The notes below the pieces were generated by a model. That model made no database searches and had not been told where the DNA came from. It saw nothing but the letters and a program-made list of their open reading frames with translations. From Microcoleus sp. (GTDB taxonomy: Bacteria > Cyanobacteriota > Cyanobacteriia > Cyanobacteriales > Microcoleaceae), in the NCBI GenBank assembly GCA_042408215.1, contig JAYFMW010000017.1, forward strand, positions 512,001-576,000: 64,000 nt of DNA, given 5' to 3'. Both the position numbers and the translations under genes were made by a program. Within the stretch, counting starts at the first letter, position 1, and each line of letters starts with the position of its first letter. This document shows positions 1-8,740 of this stretch, one piece after another.

Positions 1-255
1 TGTGGGATGTACGAATTTCAGCGACAACTAGAATACAAAACTGAAAAGTTTTCTAGTCAGTTGATTCTAGTTGACCGCTTTTTTCCGAGTTCTCAGATTT
101 GCTCAAATTGTGGAAATCACCGCCACAAAATGCCATTAAAGAATCGAGTTTATGTGTGTCCTGATTGCGGTCACACAGAAGACAGAGACTTGAATGCTGC
201 TAAAAATATCGAGCGATGGTTTGAAGGAATTCACGTTCCGATTCGCTCAGATTGA
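1..255 (+). CDS. tnpB: TnpB RNA-guided endonuclease, C-terminal part (5' end lies outside the window)
   Basis: FxRQLEYK motif, FPSSQICSNCG...CPDCG zinc ribbon, and DRDLNAAKNI RuvC-III motif. Confidence 0.9.
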   Translation, partial: CGMYEFQRQLEYKTEKFSSQLILVDRFFPSSQICSNCGNHRHKMPLKNRVYVCPDCGHTEDRDLNAAKNIERWFEGIHVPIRSD

Positions 256-401
256 ATGAATCAAACGGTAAGCTCTACCGAGATTGCCTGTGGAGTAGAC
301 AAACCCTCAGAAGTCATTCTGAGACTACGCTGAAACAGGAAATAAGCATCAGAGTAAAAACATCTAACGGTGTCTAACTTTGTCTAAGTCTTATAGAGCG
401 G
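256..401 (+). ncRNA. Putative TnpB omega-RNA scaffold / transposon right end (IS607-like, ends ...AGAGCGG)
   Basis: Non-coding tail homologous to 61604-61750 on the minus strand (shared TGTGGAGTAGACAAAC, GAGACTACG and terminal AGAGCGG); homology stops at 401. Confidence 0.65.
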
Positions 402-638
402 CTATGTACTAACAAAGCCAAACTCAATATTTTTTGCAGAAACCGCGTTTGTGAGCGTAAATCATACCTAGATTAATGATTTTTAGCGTTTTTTGCGGAA
501 AATGGCATTATTTGCCATTTTGCATTAGTATGCACTATGGTATATAGTTAAATTAATGCACCTGTATGCAAAAAGCTGGTTTTTAGGCAAACTACATAAA
601 AATGTCAAAATGTATATGTTGTAAAGCCTTGAGCCTGT

Positions 639-824
639 ATGGATGACAAGAAGACTGTGGCTATTAGAGTAGAAATGCCGCCGGAGCTGCGGAATCGATT
701 TAAGTCGGCTGTTGCTAGGGATGGTAAAAATATGAGGGATGTTTTGCTGGAATTTATGGAGGGATATGTCAAGCAGGCTGAGCAACCTAAAATAGAAGCA
801 AGTCAAAACCAAAACAACACATAG
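639..824 (+). CDS. Ribbon-helix-helix DNA-binding protein (ParG/CopG-like)
   Basis: 61 aa; beta strand VAIRVEM, then PELRNRFKSAVARDGKNMRDVLLEFMEGYV, a typical RHH pattern. Confidence 0.7.
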   Translation: MDDKKTVAIRVEMPPELRNRFKSAVARDGKNMRDVLLEFMEGYVKQAEQPKIEASQNQNNT

Positions 825-898
825 CTGCTGCGTGCAGGGGTGGAGCGAAGGCATACAGGGCAAGACATTTAGTTGTTCAATTGTAAGGGAAGTCTGAA

Positions 899-1102
899 GT
901 GAGGAGCGATCGCGTACCGAATCCAAAGCCAGAAAACGTACATCATGTTACAGAGCCTGAACTCTGTGAAAAGATGGGCGAAAAATACAACTGGCGGCTA
1001 AAAGAAATCCGAGTGACTCGTAACAGCCCCCCTGATGTGGCTTGCGTGTTTGACGGGGAACAAACCTCGTTTCAGGATATGTGGCAAGATTACCAAGATT
1101 AA
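899..1102 (+). CDS. Small hypothetical protein
   Basis: 67-aa ORF, co-oriented between the RHH gene and 1119..1493. Confidence 0.5.
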   Translation: MRSDRVPNPKPENVHHVTEPELCEKMGEKYNWRLKEIRVTRNSPPDVACVFDGEQTSFQDMWQDYQD

Positions 1103-1118
1103 AGTAAAGGGAGGAAAA

Positions 1119-1493
1119 ATGGCTAAAAAAATCTGGATTGTCTACAAAACCGAAAGCATGAGTGCTCCCGGCTGGGAAGAACGTCAACTCATGCCGAGGG
1201 GCGGTTTAACTAATATACTTTGGGAGAATTGGACTTGGGAAGAAAACCCAGAAATTCCTCAAGTAGGGGAGAAAACTCGCGATTACGAGAATCTATCTGA
1301 CCCCGGTAATGGAGTTACTCACGGGAAAGATGGAGACTGGGTAGTTACTCGCGTTCAGCAGTTTTCTGCTTTGGATACTGAGGAACGCATTGTGGTTTGT
1401 TACTGTTCTTACCAACCTGTCGCATCTGATTGGGAACCCCTAACACAAAGTGAGTCTGTCAATGAAATGCTAGCAACTATCGAGCAATATTGA
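1119..1493 (+). CDS. Hypothetical protein
   Basis: ATG at 1119 preceded by the SD-like GGAGG; 124 aa, Trp/Glu-rich. Confidence 0.65.
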   Translation: MAKKIWIVYKTESMSAPGWEERQLMPRGGLTNILWENWTWEENPEIPQVGEKTRDYENLSDPGNGVTHGKDGDWVVTRVQQFSALDTEERIVVCYCSYQPVASDWEPLTQSESVNEMLATIEQY

Positions 1494-1523
1494 CTGGGTA
1501 ATTATTCAGTAAAATGCGATCGC

Positions 1524-1736
1524 CTATTCCTGGACAATTTCCACCAAGTCTTCAATCATCACATCAAAGGTGCGGGCCAATTTCTGTATGGAAATGAAGT
1601 CAATGGTTGACACTCCCGGACATCTGGCGTAGTGTCTGACGGTGCTGTAAATTACTCCCGATCGCTCGGAAACCTCTTTTAGCGTCCAACCTTTTTCAGC
1701 AGCAAATTCCCTGACTTTTAGTCTGACTAAACCCAT
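1524..1736 (-). CDS. XRE/Cro-family HTH regulator, copy 1
   Basis: MGLVRLKVREFAAEKGWTLKEVSERSGVIYSTVRHYAR; start set by alignment to copies 2 and 3. Confidence 0.85.
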   Translation of the reverse strand: MGLVRLKVREFAAEKGWTLKEVSERSGVIYSTVRHYARCPGVSTIDFISIQKLARTFDVMIEDLVEIVQE

Positions 1737-1738
1737 AC

Positions 1739-1768
1739 TTGACAAATGATGGTGTACCATCATAAGAT
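1739..1768 (+). promoter_or_regulatory. Sigma70-like promoter TTGACA-18-TAAGAT with an 8-2-8 palindrome ATGATGGT-GT-ACCATCAT (1746-1763)
   Basis: Read directly from the sequence. Confidence 0.55.
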
Positions 1769-1792
1769 ATTTTTATCCCAAAAGGCGATCGA

Positions 1793-2005
1793 CTATTCCT
1801 GCACAATCTCATACAAATCTTCGACCATCACGTCAAAAGTCCTCGCCAACTTGTCCAAGGCTGTCACGTCAATTGTTGCTAATCCGGGCGATCGGGCATA
1901 GGTTCTCAGCGTACTGTAGACTACACCCGATCGCTCTGAAACCTCTTTGATTGTCCAGCCTTTCTCAGCAGCAAACTCTCGAATCCGCAATCTAATTAAG
2001 CCCAT
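1793..2005 (-). CDS. XRE/Cro-family HTH regulator, copy 2
   Basis: 70 aa, MGLIRLRIREFAAEKGWTIKEVSERSGVVYSTLRTYAR. Confidence 0.85.
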   Translation of the reverse strand: MGLIRLRIREFAAEKGWTIKEVSERSGVVYSTLRTYARSPGLATIDVTALDKLARTFDVMVEDLYEIVQE

Positions 2006-2011
2006 AAGCTA

Positions 2012-2045
2012 TTGATGCCTGACTAATATCAGTCATAAAATTATA
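2012..2045. promoter_or_regulatory. Plus-strand TTGATG-18-TAAAAT promoter enclosing palindrome TGACTAATATCAGTCA (2020-2035); minus-strand TATAAT at 2040-2045
   Basis: Read directly; same position within the cassette as the 1739 and 2275 elements. Confidence 0.5.
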
Positions 2046-2062
2046 CTACAAAACGCGATCGG

Positions 2063-2275
2063 CTACTCTTTGACGACCTCAACCAAATCTTCCACCATCA
2101 CGTCAAAAGTACGTGCCAACTTGAGCAAACAAGTAAAATCAACCATTGCCATTCCTGGAGAACGCGAATAGGTGCTGAGGGTGCTGTAGTTGACTCCCGA
2201 TCGGTCAGAAACCTCTTTGATCGTCCAGCCTTTCTCACCAGCAAATTCTCTAACCCGCAATCTAATTAAACCCAT
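2063..2275 (-). CDS. XRE/Cro-family HTH regulator, copy 3
   Basis: 70 aa, MGLIRLRVREFAGEKGWTIKEVSDRSGVNYSTLSTYSR. Confidence 0.85.
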   Translation of the reverse strand: MGLIRLRVREFAGEKGWTIKEVSDRSGVNYSTLSTYSRSPGMAMVDFTCLLKLARTFDVMVEDLVEVVKE

Positions 2276-2305
2276 TGACAGACCACTAGATTTAGTATAC
2301 GATCA
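2275..2305 (+). promoter_or_regulatory. Sigma70-like promoter TTGACA-17-TACGAT facing 2474..2917, with a weak palindrome centred on GTATAC
   Basis: Near-consensus boxes and spacing; overlaps the start codon of HTH copy 3. Confidence 0.6.
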
Positions 2306-2397
2306 TTTTATCGTAAAAAGCGATCGCCCCAAGGTCTGGAAAACTGAAAGGCGATCGCCTGTCCAAAGCAGGAAACTTATCAACTAAATTTCCAAAT

Positions 2398-2473
2398 AAC
2401 CAAGGGCATCAATTCTCAATAACCAAGAATATCAACCAAGATCAACCAAGAATATCAACCAAGGATATCAACC
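2398..2473 (+). repeat. Short direct repeats (ATC)AACCAAG, 5 copies plus AACCATG at the start codon
   Basis: aaccaagaatatc-aaccaagatc-aaccaagaatatc-aaccaaggatatc-aaccATG. Confidence 0.7.
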
Positions 2474-2917
2474 ATGTTAACAAAATTTTCGCGAAAATCA
2501 ACCCCCAGAAACAAATTGAGCCGGTTTGTCACCAAAGAGGCGATCGCGCGGCTGCTGAAAATCAAGGTAGAACAGATATATCGCTTCGAGTGCTGGGCGC
2601 ATATCCTGTACGTGCACGCCGAAGGGATGAGTCGGTTTGTGAGTTATGCGGATTTGCCGCCAGTGGTGGGAGTGGAAGCGCCCTCTGGTTTAGATTTTGG
2701 TTATTGGAAGCGGCGGATGGCGAGTCTGAAGGAGAGATACGCGCCGGATTTTTGGGTGGATTTCTATGGGGATAAATTTCGGGAGGCTGTTTCTGTTTCT
2801 GAATTGTTGGAGTGGGGGGAGTTGGTGGGAGTGGTTAAATGGATGTTAAGTGCGATCGCCCTGGAGTCGCTGCGAAAAGTTTACGCACAAGAGAAATCTC
2901 TGCTGGAACATTTTTAA
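2474..2917 (+). CDS. Hypothetical protein divergent from the HTH array
   Basis: 147-aa ORF downstream of the consensus promoter; possible HTH-like segment KEAIARLLKIKVEQI. Confidence 0.7.
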   Translation: MLTKFSRKSTPRNKLSRFVTKEAIARLLKIKVEQIYRFECWAHILYVHAEGMSRFVSYADLPPVVGVEAPSGLDFGYWKRRMASLKERYAPDFWVDFYGDKFREAVSVSELLEWGELVGVVKWMLSAIALESLRKVYAQEKSLLEHF

Positions 2918-3452
2918 ATGCTGTCTGAACTCTTGTCCCCCCCTTGTTAAGGGGGGCTAGGGGGGATCTGAGCTCTGTTAAGTGCGATCGCCCTGGAGTC
3001 GCTGCGAAAAGTTTACGCACAAGAGAAATCTCTGCTGGAACATTTTTAAATGCTGTCTGAACTCTTGTCCCCCCCTTGTTAAGGGGGGCTAGGGGGGATC
3101 TGAGCTCTGTTAAGTGCGATCGCCCTGGAGTCGCTGCGAAAAGTTTACGCACAAGAGAAATCTCTGCTGGAACATTTTTAAATGCTGTCTGAACTCTTGT
3201 CCCCCCCTTGTTAAGGGGGGCTAGGGGGGATCTGAGCTCTGTTAAGTGCGATCGCCCTGGAGTCGCTGCGAAAAGTTTACGCCCAAGAGAAATCTCTGCT
3301 GGAACATTTTTAAATGCTGTCTGAACTCTTGTCCCCCCCTTGTTAAGGGGGGCTAGGGGGGATCTGAGCTCTGTTAAGTGCGATCGCCCTGGAGTCGCTG
3401 CGAAAAGTTTACGCACAAGAGAAATCTCTGCTGGAACATTTCTAAACGCTGT
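2844..3452. repeat. Tandem repeat, 132-bp unit, about 4.6 near-identical copies
   Basis: Units start at 2844, 2976, 3108, 3240 and 3372; each holds the gene 3' end, a HIP1 site and a CCCCCCTTGTTAAGGGGGG dispersed repeat. Confidence 0.95.
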
Positions 3453-3537
3453 GTTTTTTTATAACTGGACTTACGAACTCGTGACCTAAAAAGTAGTGCT
3501 ACAAGATTGTACCCCATATCCGTAGGGAAACGGCAAT

Positions 3538-3750
3538 GCCCATTGGTGTCAACTTAAGCCTGAAACCCTTGGTATCTCTCGCTTTTACCTAAGTCTAGAT
3601 CCCCCTAAATCCCCCTTAAGAAGGGGAGTAGGGGGTGACTTTGAGAAGACTCTTGTCCCCCCCTTCTTAAGGGGGGCTAGGGGGGATCTAGATTTAATAG
3701 TCAAACAACAGTCTCTGACTGGGTTTGACCTTAAGTTGACACCAATGGGC
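3538..3750. mobile_element. MITE (family A) with perfect 21-bp terminal inverted repeats
   Basis: GCCCATTGGTGTCAACTTAAG ... CTTAAGTTGACACCAATGGGC, with internal CCCCCTTAAGAAGGGG repeats. Confidence 0.8.
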
Positions 3751-3848
3751 TCTTGGAGTGTCCGGTGCCGGGAGCTACGACTTTTAAGAATTGACATAAG
3801 TTCAGGGCAAGAAACCAAGGTGATGATACCATGCAGGATCATTCCAGT

Positions 3849-6800
3849 CTAAGAGTCCATAATATCTTCCTCCCCTATTCCCAAACTCGGCAAACTGCCG
3901 ACAATTTGCACAGTTTCCAAACTGACTGCGATGACTTGGCCAATTAACCGGACAATGTATTGTTCGTCATCCAAGCGATTCGGGTCATTAACAATTCCAC
4001 TCCGTTTATCAGTTTTGAATTGATACTGGTCTATTATCCAATCTAACGCAGAACGGTTCCCCAGACGGTACTCAAATGCTGAAGAGGGAATGCCGCTTAA
4101 GGTGAGAAAATCGTTGTAAATCAGTTGAGTTTTATCTTTACTCAATCTCATCTTTTCTACCCGCCAATTTAACGGCACGTCAGTATTTTCTATCCACTTA
4201 AGGGGATATTCGGGTTGCTGTTCGTAATTGACGTGAATTTCTGCTAAACGTTTGCCCGCATTAGCGAAAGAATGAAAATCGGGAGTGTAGGGAATATGGG
4301 GCAATTCCCGTTTCAAATTGGCGGCGTAGCGAGTGCAATAGGTGGGATGGTGCAAAACAGCATAAACGTAGTAGAAAATATCCCATTTGCTAATCCTGTC
4401 GTCTCCGTAGTGGCGGCGGAATTCTGTTAGCGCCCAGTCTGTGATATTTTCGCGGCGGTTTGTACCGTCTTCATCGTAGATGTAGAATGGGAAACATTGA
4501 GTTTTTTCCAGGAGATCTAGCCCCCCTACTCCCACATCAGATAATACAATCAGTCATCTGTACTAGAAAGGGAATTTGGGACTAGCTATGCCACGAACGC
4601 AAATAACTCGATTTTCTTTCTCAGTATCTGGTACAGGAAATATATATGGAAATTGATATCGACGCTCGTTTAATCTAGCATCAAAGTAGAGAAAAGAGGC
4701 AGTAAATGGTCGGTAGAGTCGATCGCCTCCTTAAATCGGGATTATATTCTATTTTGACACCCCGACTTAAAAAGGTTTTTAAAGTTCCAGACCAACTAAC
4801 TTTAGTATCATCGTCAGTCACAAAATCATCAATATTGACTGAGCGATCGCACCGCTGACTCCACCTGACCATCTGTTCGTTGTATGTTGCGATCGTTCGT
4901 TTGACATTTTCTGCAATAGCATCCTCATTAAAATTATATACCCAGGTATCGCGATTTGTTTTGACTCCATTACTATATAACTTAAAAATGACTCTTTCAT
5001 CAATTTTATTAGAAGCTTTAGCTTCTTTACCACCAATCGGTATCAACTTTTCAAAATCATCTTGCAATCCTTCAGTTAGCCAATTATATTTTAGATCTGG
5101 CTGAATTAATTGCCATTCAACCCCACCTCGATGTTGATACTTTTCTAAATACTCATACTTTTCTTCTTTTCGCCACAACTCATCAACCCGTGCATAGTAA
5201 ATTTGTGCAGGTTTAGAATTTTGACCATTTTTATTCCTGACAAACAGGTTAATACTAACTCCTACTTGAATGCCGAATACATTATGAGTTGTACCTGAAA
5301 GTTGGGGATTTTTTCTAACATTTCCTCCTAAATCCAAGATATAAAGCGCATCAAAATCTTTCTGAAGATGTTTTCTCATTCCATCAAAAGCAATATCATT
5401 AACAAAGCTGTTATTCGTTACAAGAGCTACAATTCCCTCATCACCAATTCTATCCGATGCCCAACGAATCGCTTTCACATAAGGATCTGACAGTGCATTT
5501 TTATTAGTTGCTTTCGAGTCTTTAGAATAAGTTTCGGCAACGCGGCGGTCTATTTCTTCATACTTGCGATTTTTATTGTTATCATTTTCACTAGACTTTG
5601 AAAAGCATTATAAGGCGGATTGCCAACAACAACAAAAATAGGCGAACTTCTCTGCCTCTCTACCCTCGCTGTATTTGCCGCCGTAAACAAAGAAAGTTGC
5701 TGTACTTTTTGGTCAGAAAAAGTATCAACTAAACAAATACCTTCAAATGGTTGATAAGTCCCCGTTGCCTCAAAATACTCATGTTCGATATTCATCGAAG
5801 CAATGTAATAAGGCAGTAACATCAATTCATTGCAGTGCAATTCGTCAGCATATTTCTGCGGTAGTGCCGTTTTCCGAATCTCCCGCATTACCCGCATCAT
5901 AAAATTCCCTGTCCCCACAAAAGGATCGAGGATATGCACTCCTTTATCGCTTAAGGATTTGCCAAACTCTTTTTGCAAGATATCCTCAACACTTTTGACC
6001 ATGAAATTTACAATCGGTTGAGGAGTGTAAACGATGCCGTGAGTGTCCGCAACCTTGATAGCAAATCCTTGGAAAAACTTCTCGTAAATGGTGTTTAGAA
6101 AGTGCTGTTTTTCGCTAAATTCATCAATTGTCGCGGCGGTTTCTTCTAAGGCACGGTAAAAATAGTCAACTTCTCCGAGGAAATGGTCGCGACTGAATGA
6201 TTTAGAAGTTAAAGCATTAATAACTTTTTCTATTTCAACAGCGATGATATTGCGGTTGGTAAAATCTTGGTTGTCAAAGATGCGGCGAAAAATGCGTTCG
6301 GTGAGGATGTGCTGAATTAGCATTTCCTCGACAGCAGCTTCGGAGAGATTGGGGTTAATTGATTGGCGGCAGACGGCGGTAAAGTCATTAAATGCTTGAA
6401 TAAATCTTTTGTTAGTTTTGCGTTGTCCGTCAATCAGACTAATCATTTTTCCTGCTAAATCTTTGACTCTGCTGCCAAATTCAGCGGCGGCGACTTCCCA
6501 CTGGGCGATAGCGGGAGTTCGGTATTCAAAAAATAGCTTCAGCGTATCGACTAGGGATTGCGGTTTTGTGATATCTTCATCACAGAGTTGCTTGCCGCCT
6601 TGCCAAATAATTGCCCGTTCCGGTGCTTGAAAAATAATGTTATCTTTGGGATAGCCAACAGCAAATTTTTGTTTAACTTCGCGTTCCAGCTTGTCATGGG
6701 TGTCTTTTGCTTCCCAGATACCGTGTCTGAGACTGTCGGCCCGCACTAATTCCCCATCAACTCTGATTCGCTTATTGCCGATTTTCATCTCTTTTTCGGG

Positions 6801-6962
6801 CACCAGCGTCCACCCAAATTGCTGACAGCAAGACTTTAGCAAATCGGCAAAAGCATCCTTTACTGCTAATTCGTGAGATATCCCCAATTTCGCAAATTGT
6901 CCCAGGGCATTGTAATATGCTTTAACAGGTTGGTGGGTTGGCTTGAGGTTGAGATTTGGCAT
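3849..6962 (-). pseudogene. Type ISP/IIL-like restriction-modification enzyme (N6-adenine MTase plus C-terminal specificity domain), split by at least 3 disruptions
   Basis: GIVYTPQPIV, ILDPFVGTG and GNPPY motifs, then KAIRWASDRI, THNVFGIQVGV and EYRLGNRSALDWIIDQY; frame breaks near 5593, 4718 and 4540-4570. Confidence 0.8.
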
Positions 6963-7083
6963 GGGGGATGGGCGATCGCAAATTGCTGATTTAATTTTAA
7001 GCGATATTGTAACTTTTTTACCGTCAAACAAAAGCAAAATAAAAGTACAGGCGGCGTAGCTATCCCCTAGGGAATTGCCCGCA

Positions 7084-7302
7084 CCCATAGGTGTCAACTT
7101 AACGTCAAACCCAGTCACATACTGCTGTTTGACGATTAAGGCCAGATCCCCCCTAACCCCCCTTAAGAAGGGGGGGACAGGAGTCTTCTCTTTCGTCAAC
7201 CCCTACTCACACCCTACTCCCTTCTTAAGGGGGATTTAGGGGGATCTAGACTTAGGTAAAAACGAAATTTATCAAGGCTTTCAGGCTTAAGTTGACACCA
7301 AT
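7084..7302. mobile_element. MITE (family A), inverted relative to 3538..3750
   Basis: GGTGTCAACTTAA ... TTAAGTTGACACC ends; internal sequence is the reverse-complement homologue; AATTGCCCGCACC occurs on both sides (7073, 7300). Confidence 0.8.
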
Positions 7303-7385
7303 TGCCCGCACCTATCGCCCCCAACAATTCCCACGGCATCAGCGATAATAGTATTAGCGAACTATTTAAAATCGAGGAAACACCT

Positions 7386-7970
7386 ATGCTCGCGACTACC
7401 AGCGAACTACCCAAAATCGAGGAAACACCTATGCTCGCGACTGCCGCCCTACAGGATAATTTTACTCTAGAAGACTTCATGGCTCATCCGCCCGACAACA
7501 TGAAATTGGTAGACGGACAACTCGTTGAGAAAAATGGAGCCACGCTCAAGCATGGTAAAATTCAATCAAGCCTGGGTTGTGCTTGGGCAAATTACATGAT
7601 TTCCAGCGGACAAGGGGGAGAAACTTATGTCGAAGTTCCTTGCCGCACAAACCGACAAATTCGCCGCCCCGATGTCGCTTATCTCACACCAGAATTAGTT
7701 GCACAATTTGGCAATCTTGCCACTTTACCCCAAAGTTTCCCCTTAATTGCCGAAATAGTTTCACCCACCGATATTGCTGAAGATGTCTTTCTCAAAGCAC
7801 AGGAATATTTAGCATCTAGCTGTCAGGAAGTCTGGTTAGTTTTTCCCGAAAGTCGTTTAATATTTGTGATGACTCAAAATCAAATATTGACATTTAGATC
7901 CGGCGATACCGCCACCACTCAACAAATCCTGCTCGGTTTTAGCATCGAGGTCGATCGCCTACTAGCTTAA
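7386..7970 (+). CDS. Uma2 family (DUF820) PD-(D/E)XK endonuclease-like protein
   Basis: LVDGQLVEK, RRPDVAY, PLIAEIVSP, KAQEYL and EVWLVFPE motifs; alternative start at 7431. Confidence 0.85.
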   Translation: MLATTSELPKIEETPMLATAALQDNFTLEDFMAHPPDNMKLVDGQLVEKNGATLKHGKIQSSLGCAWANYMISSGQGGETYVEVPCRTNRQIRRPDVAYLTPELVAQFGNLATLPQSFPLIAEIVSPTDIAEDVFLKAQEYLASSCQEVWLVFPESRLIFVMTQNQILTFRSGDTATTQQILLGFSIEVDRLLA

Positions 7971-8045
7971 ACTAAATTATGAAATCAGAAACTCAGTCTA
8001 GTACAATATTCTTAGGTTGATGACTAAGAAAGGGAGTCAAACAAA

Positions 8046-8543
8046 ATGACAACTATCCAATCAATGACAACTGGAATAACATCCCTTTATGAACAGGATT
8101 TTTATCTGTGGTTACAGACAACTATCAACTTATTAAAAGAGGGAAAGTTTTCTGAAATAGATTTAGAGAACTTACTAGAGGAACTGGAAAGTATGGGGAG
8201 AAGCGATAAGAATGCTTTAAAAAGTAATTTGAGGGTACTTTTAATGCACTTACTTAAGTATAAATATCAGCCAGAAAAAAGAACAAACAGTTGGATATAC
8301 ACCATTCGCGAACATCGTAAACGCATCCGAGATACCTTCAAAACCAGTCCGAGTTTATATCGTTTTTTTGAAGAAATTTTCAATGAATCTTATCAAGATG
8401 CTAGGGAATTAGCCGCAGATGAAACTGGTTTATCTATTGCGACATTTCCCCCAGAGTCTCCCTTTACTGAAGAAGAAGTTCTTAATCCTGATTTTTTACC
8501 GCCTGAGTGCGATCGGCCTGAAAATCCTGAAAATATTGAATAA
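8046..8543 (+). CDS. DUF29 domain protein
   Basis: LYEQDFYLW...IDLENLLEELESMGRS...LLMHLLKYKYQP...PSL...ETGL...FP. Confidence 0.9.
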   Translation: MTTIQSMTTGITSLYEQDFYLWLQTTINLLKEGKFSEIDLENLLEELESMGRSDKNALKSNLRVLLMHLLKYKYQPEKRTNSWIYTIREHRKRIRDTFKTSPSLYRFFEEIFNESYQDARELAADETGLSIATFPPESPFTEEEVLNPDFLPPECDRPENPENIE

Positions 8544-8607
8544 TTGAATCAGATATCCTTTCCACTTGTTCTGAAATCAAATTGCTACAATATTCTTAAG
8601 ACTCCCC

Positions 8608-8702
8608 AGTCCGCGTAGGCGGACTTCGTTTGTATAGCCCCGAATTATATTCGGCGGGCTTAACATTAACTTCGTTTGTATAGCCCCGAATTCTCTTCGG
8701 TG
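8608..8702. repeat. Small dispersed palindromic repeat (AGTCCGC..GCGGACTTCGTTTG family), partly duplicated
   Basis: Same family recurs at about 24920-24990 and 37425-37580. Confidence 0.7.
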
Positions 8703-8740
8703 GTGTTTAATTAATATCCCACACCATTCTAGAAACCACC

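Noticed and set aside
2020..2035. R-M controller C-box (GACT..AGTC) regulating the Type ISP-like gene
   Set aside because: The spacer is longer than in classic C-boxes, and the site is about 5 kb from the R-M start, downstream of that gene.
2835..3416. 193-aa minus-strand ORF, or CRISPR-like array
   Set aside because: It is an antisense translation of the 132-bp (44-codon) tandem repeat; the units are nearly identical and have no spacers.
6963..7199. N-terminal extension of the R-M ORF
   Set aside because: Read-through from MITE and intergenic sequence; the credible start is MPNLNLKP at 6962.
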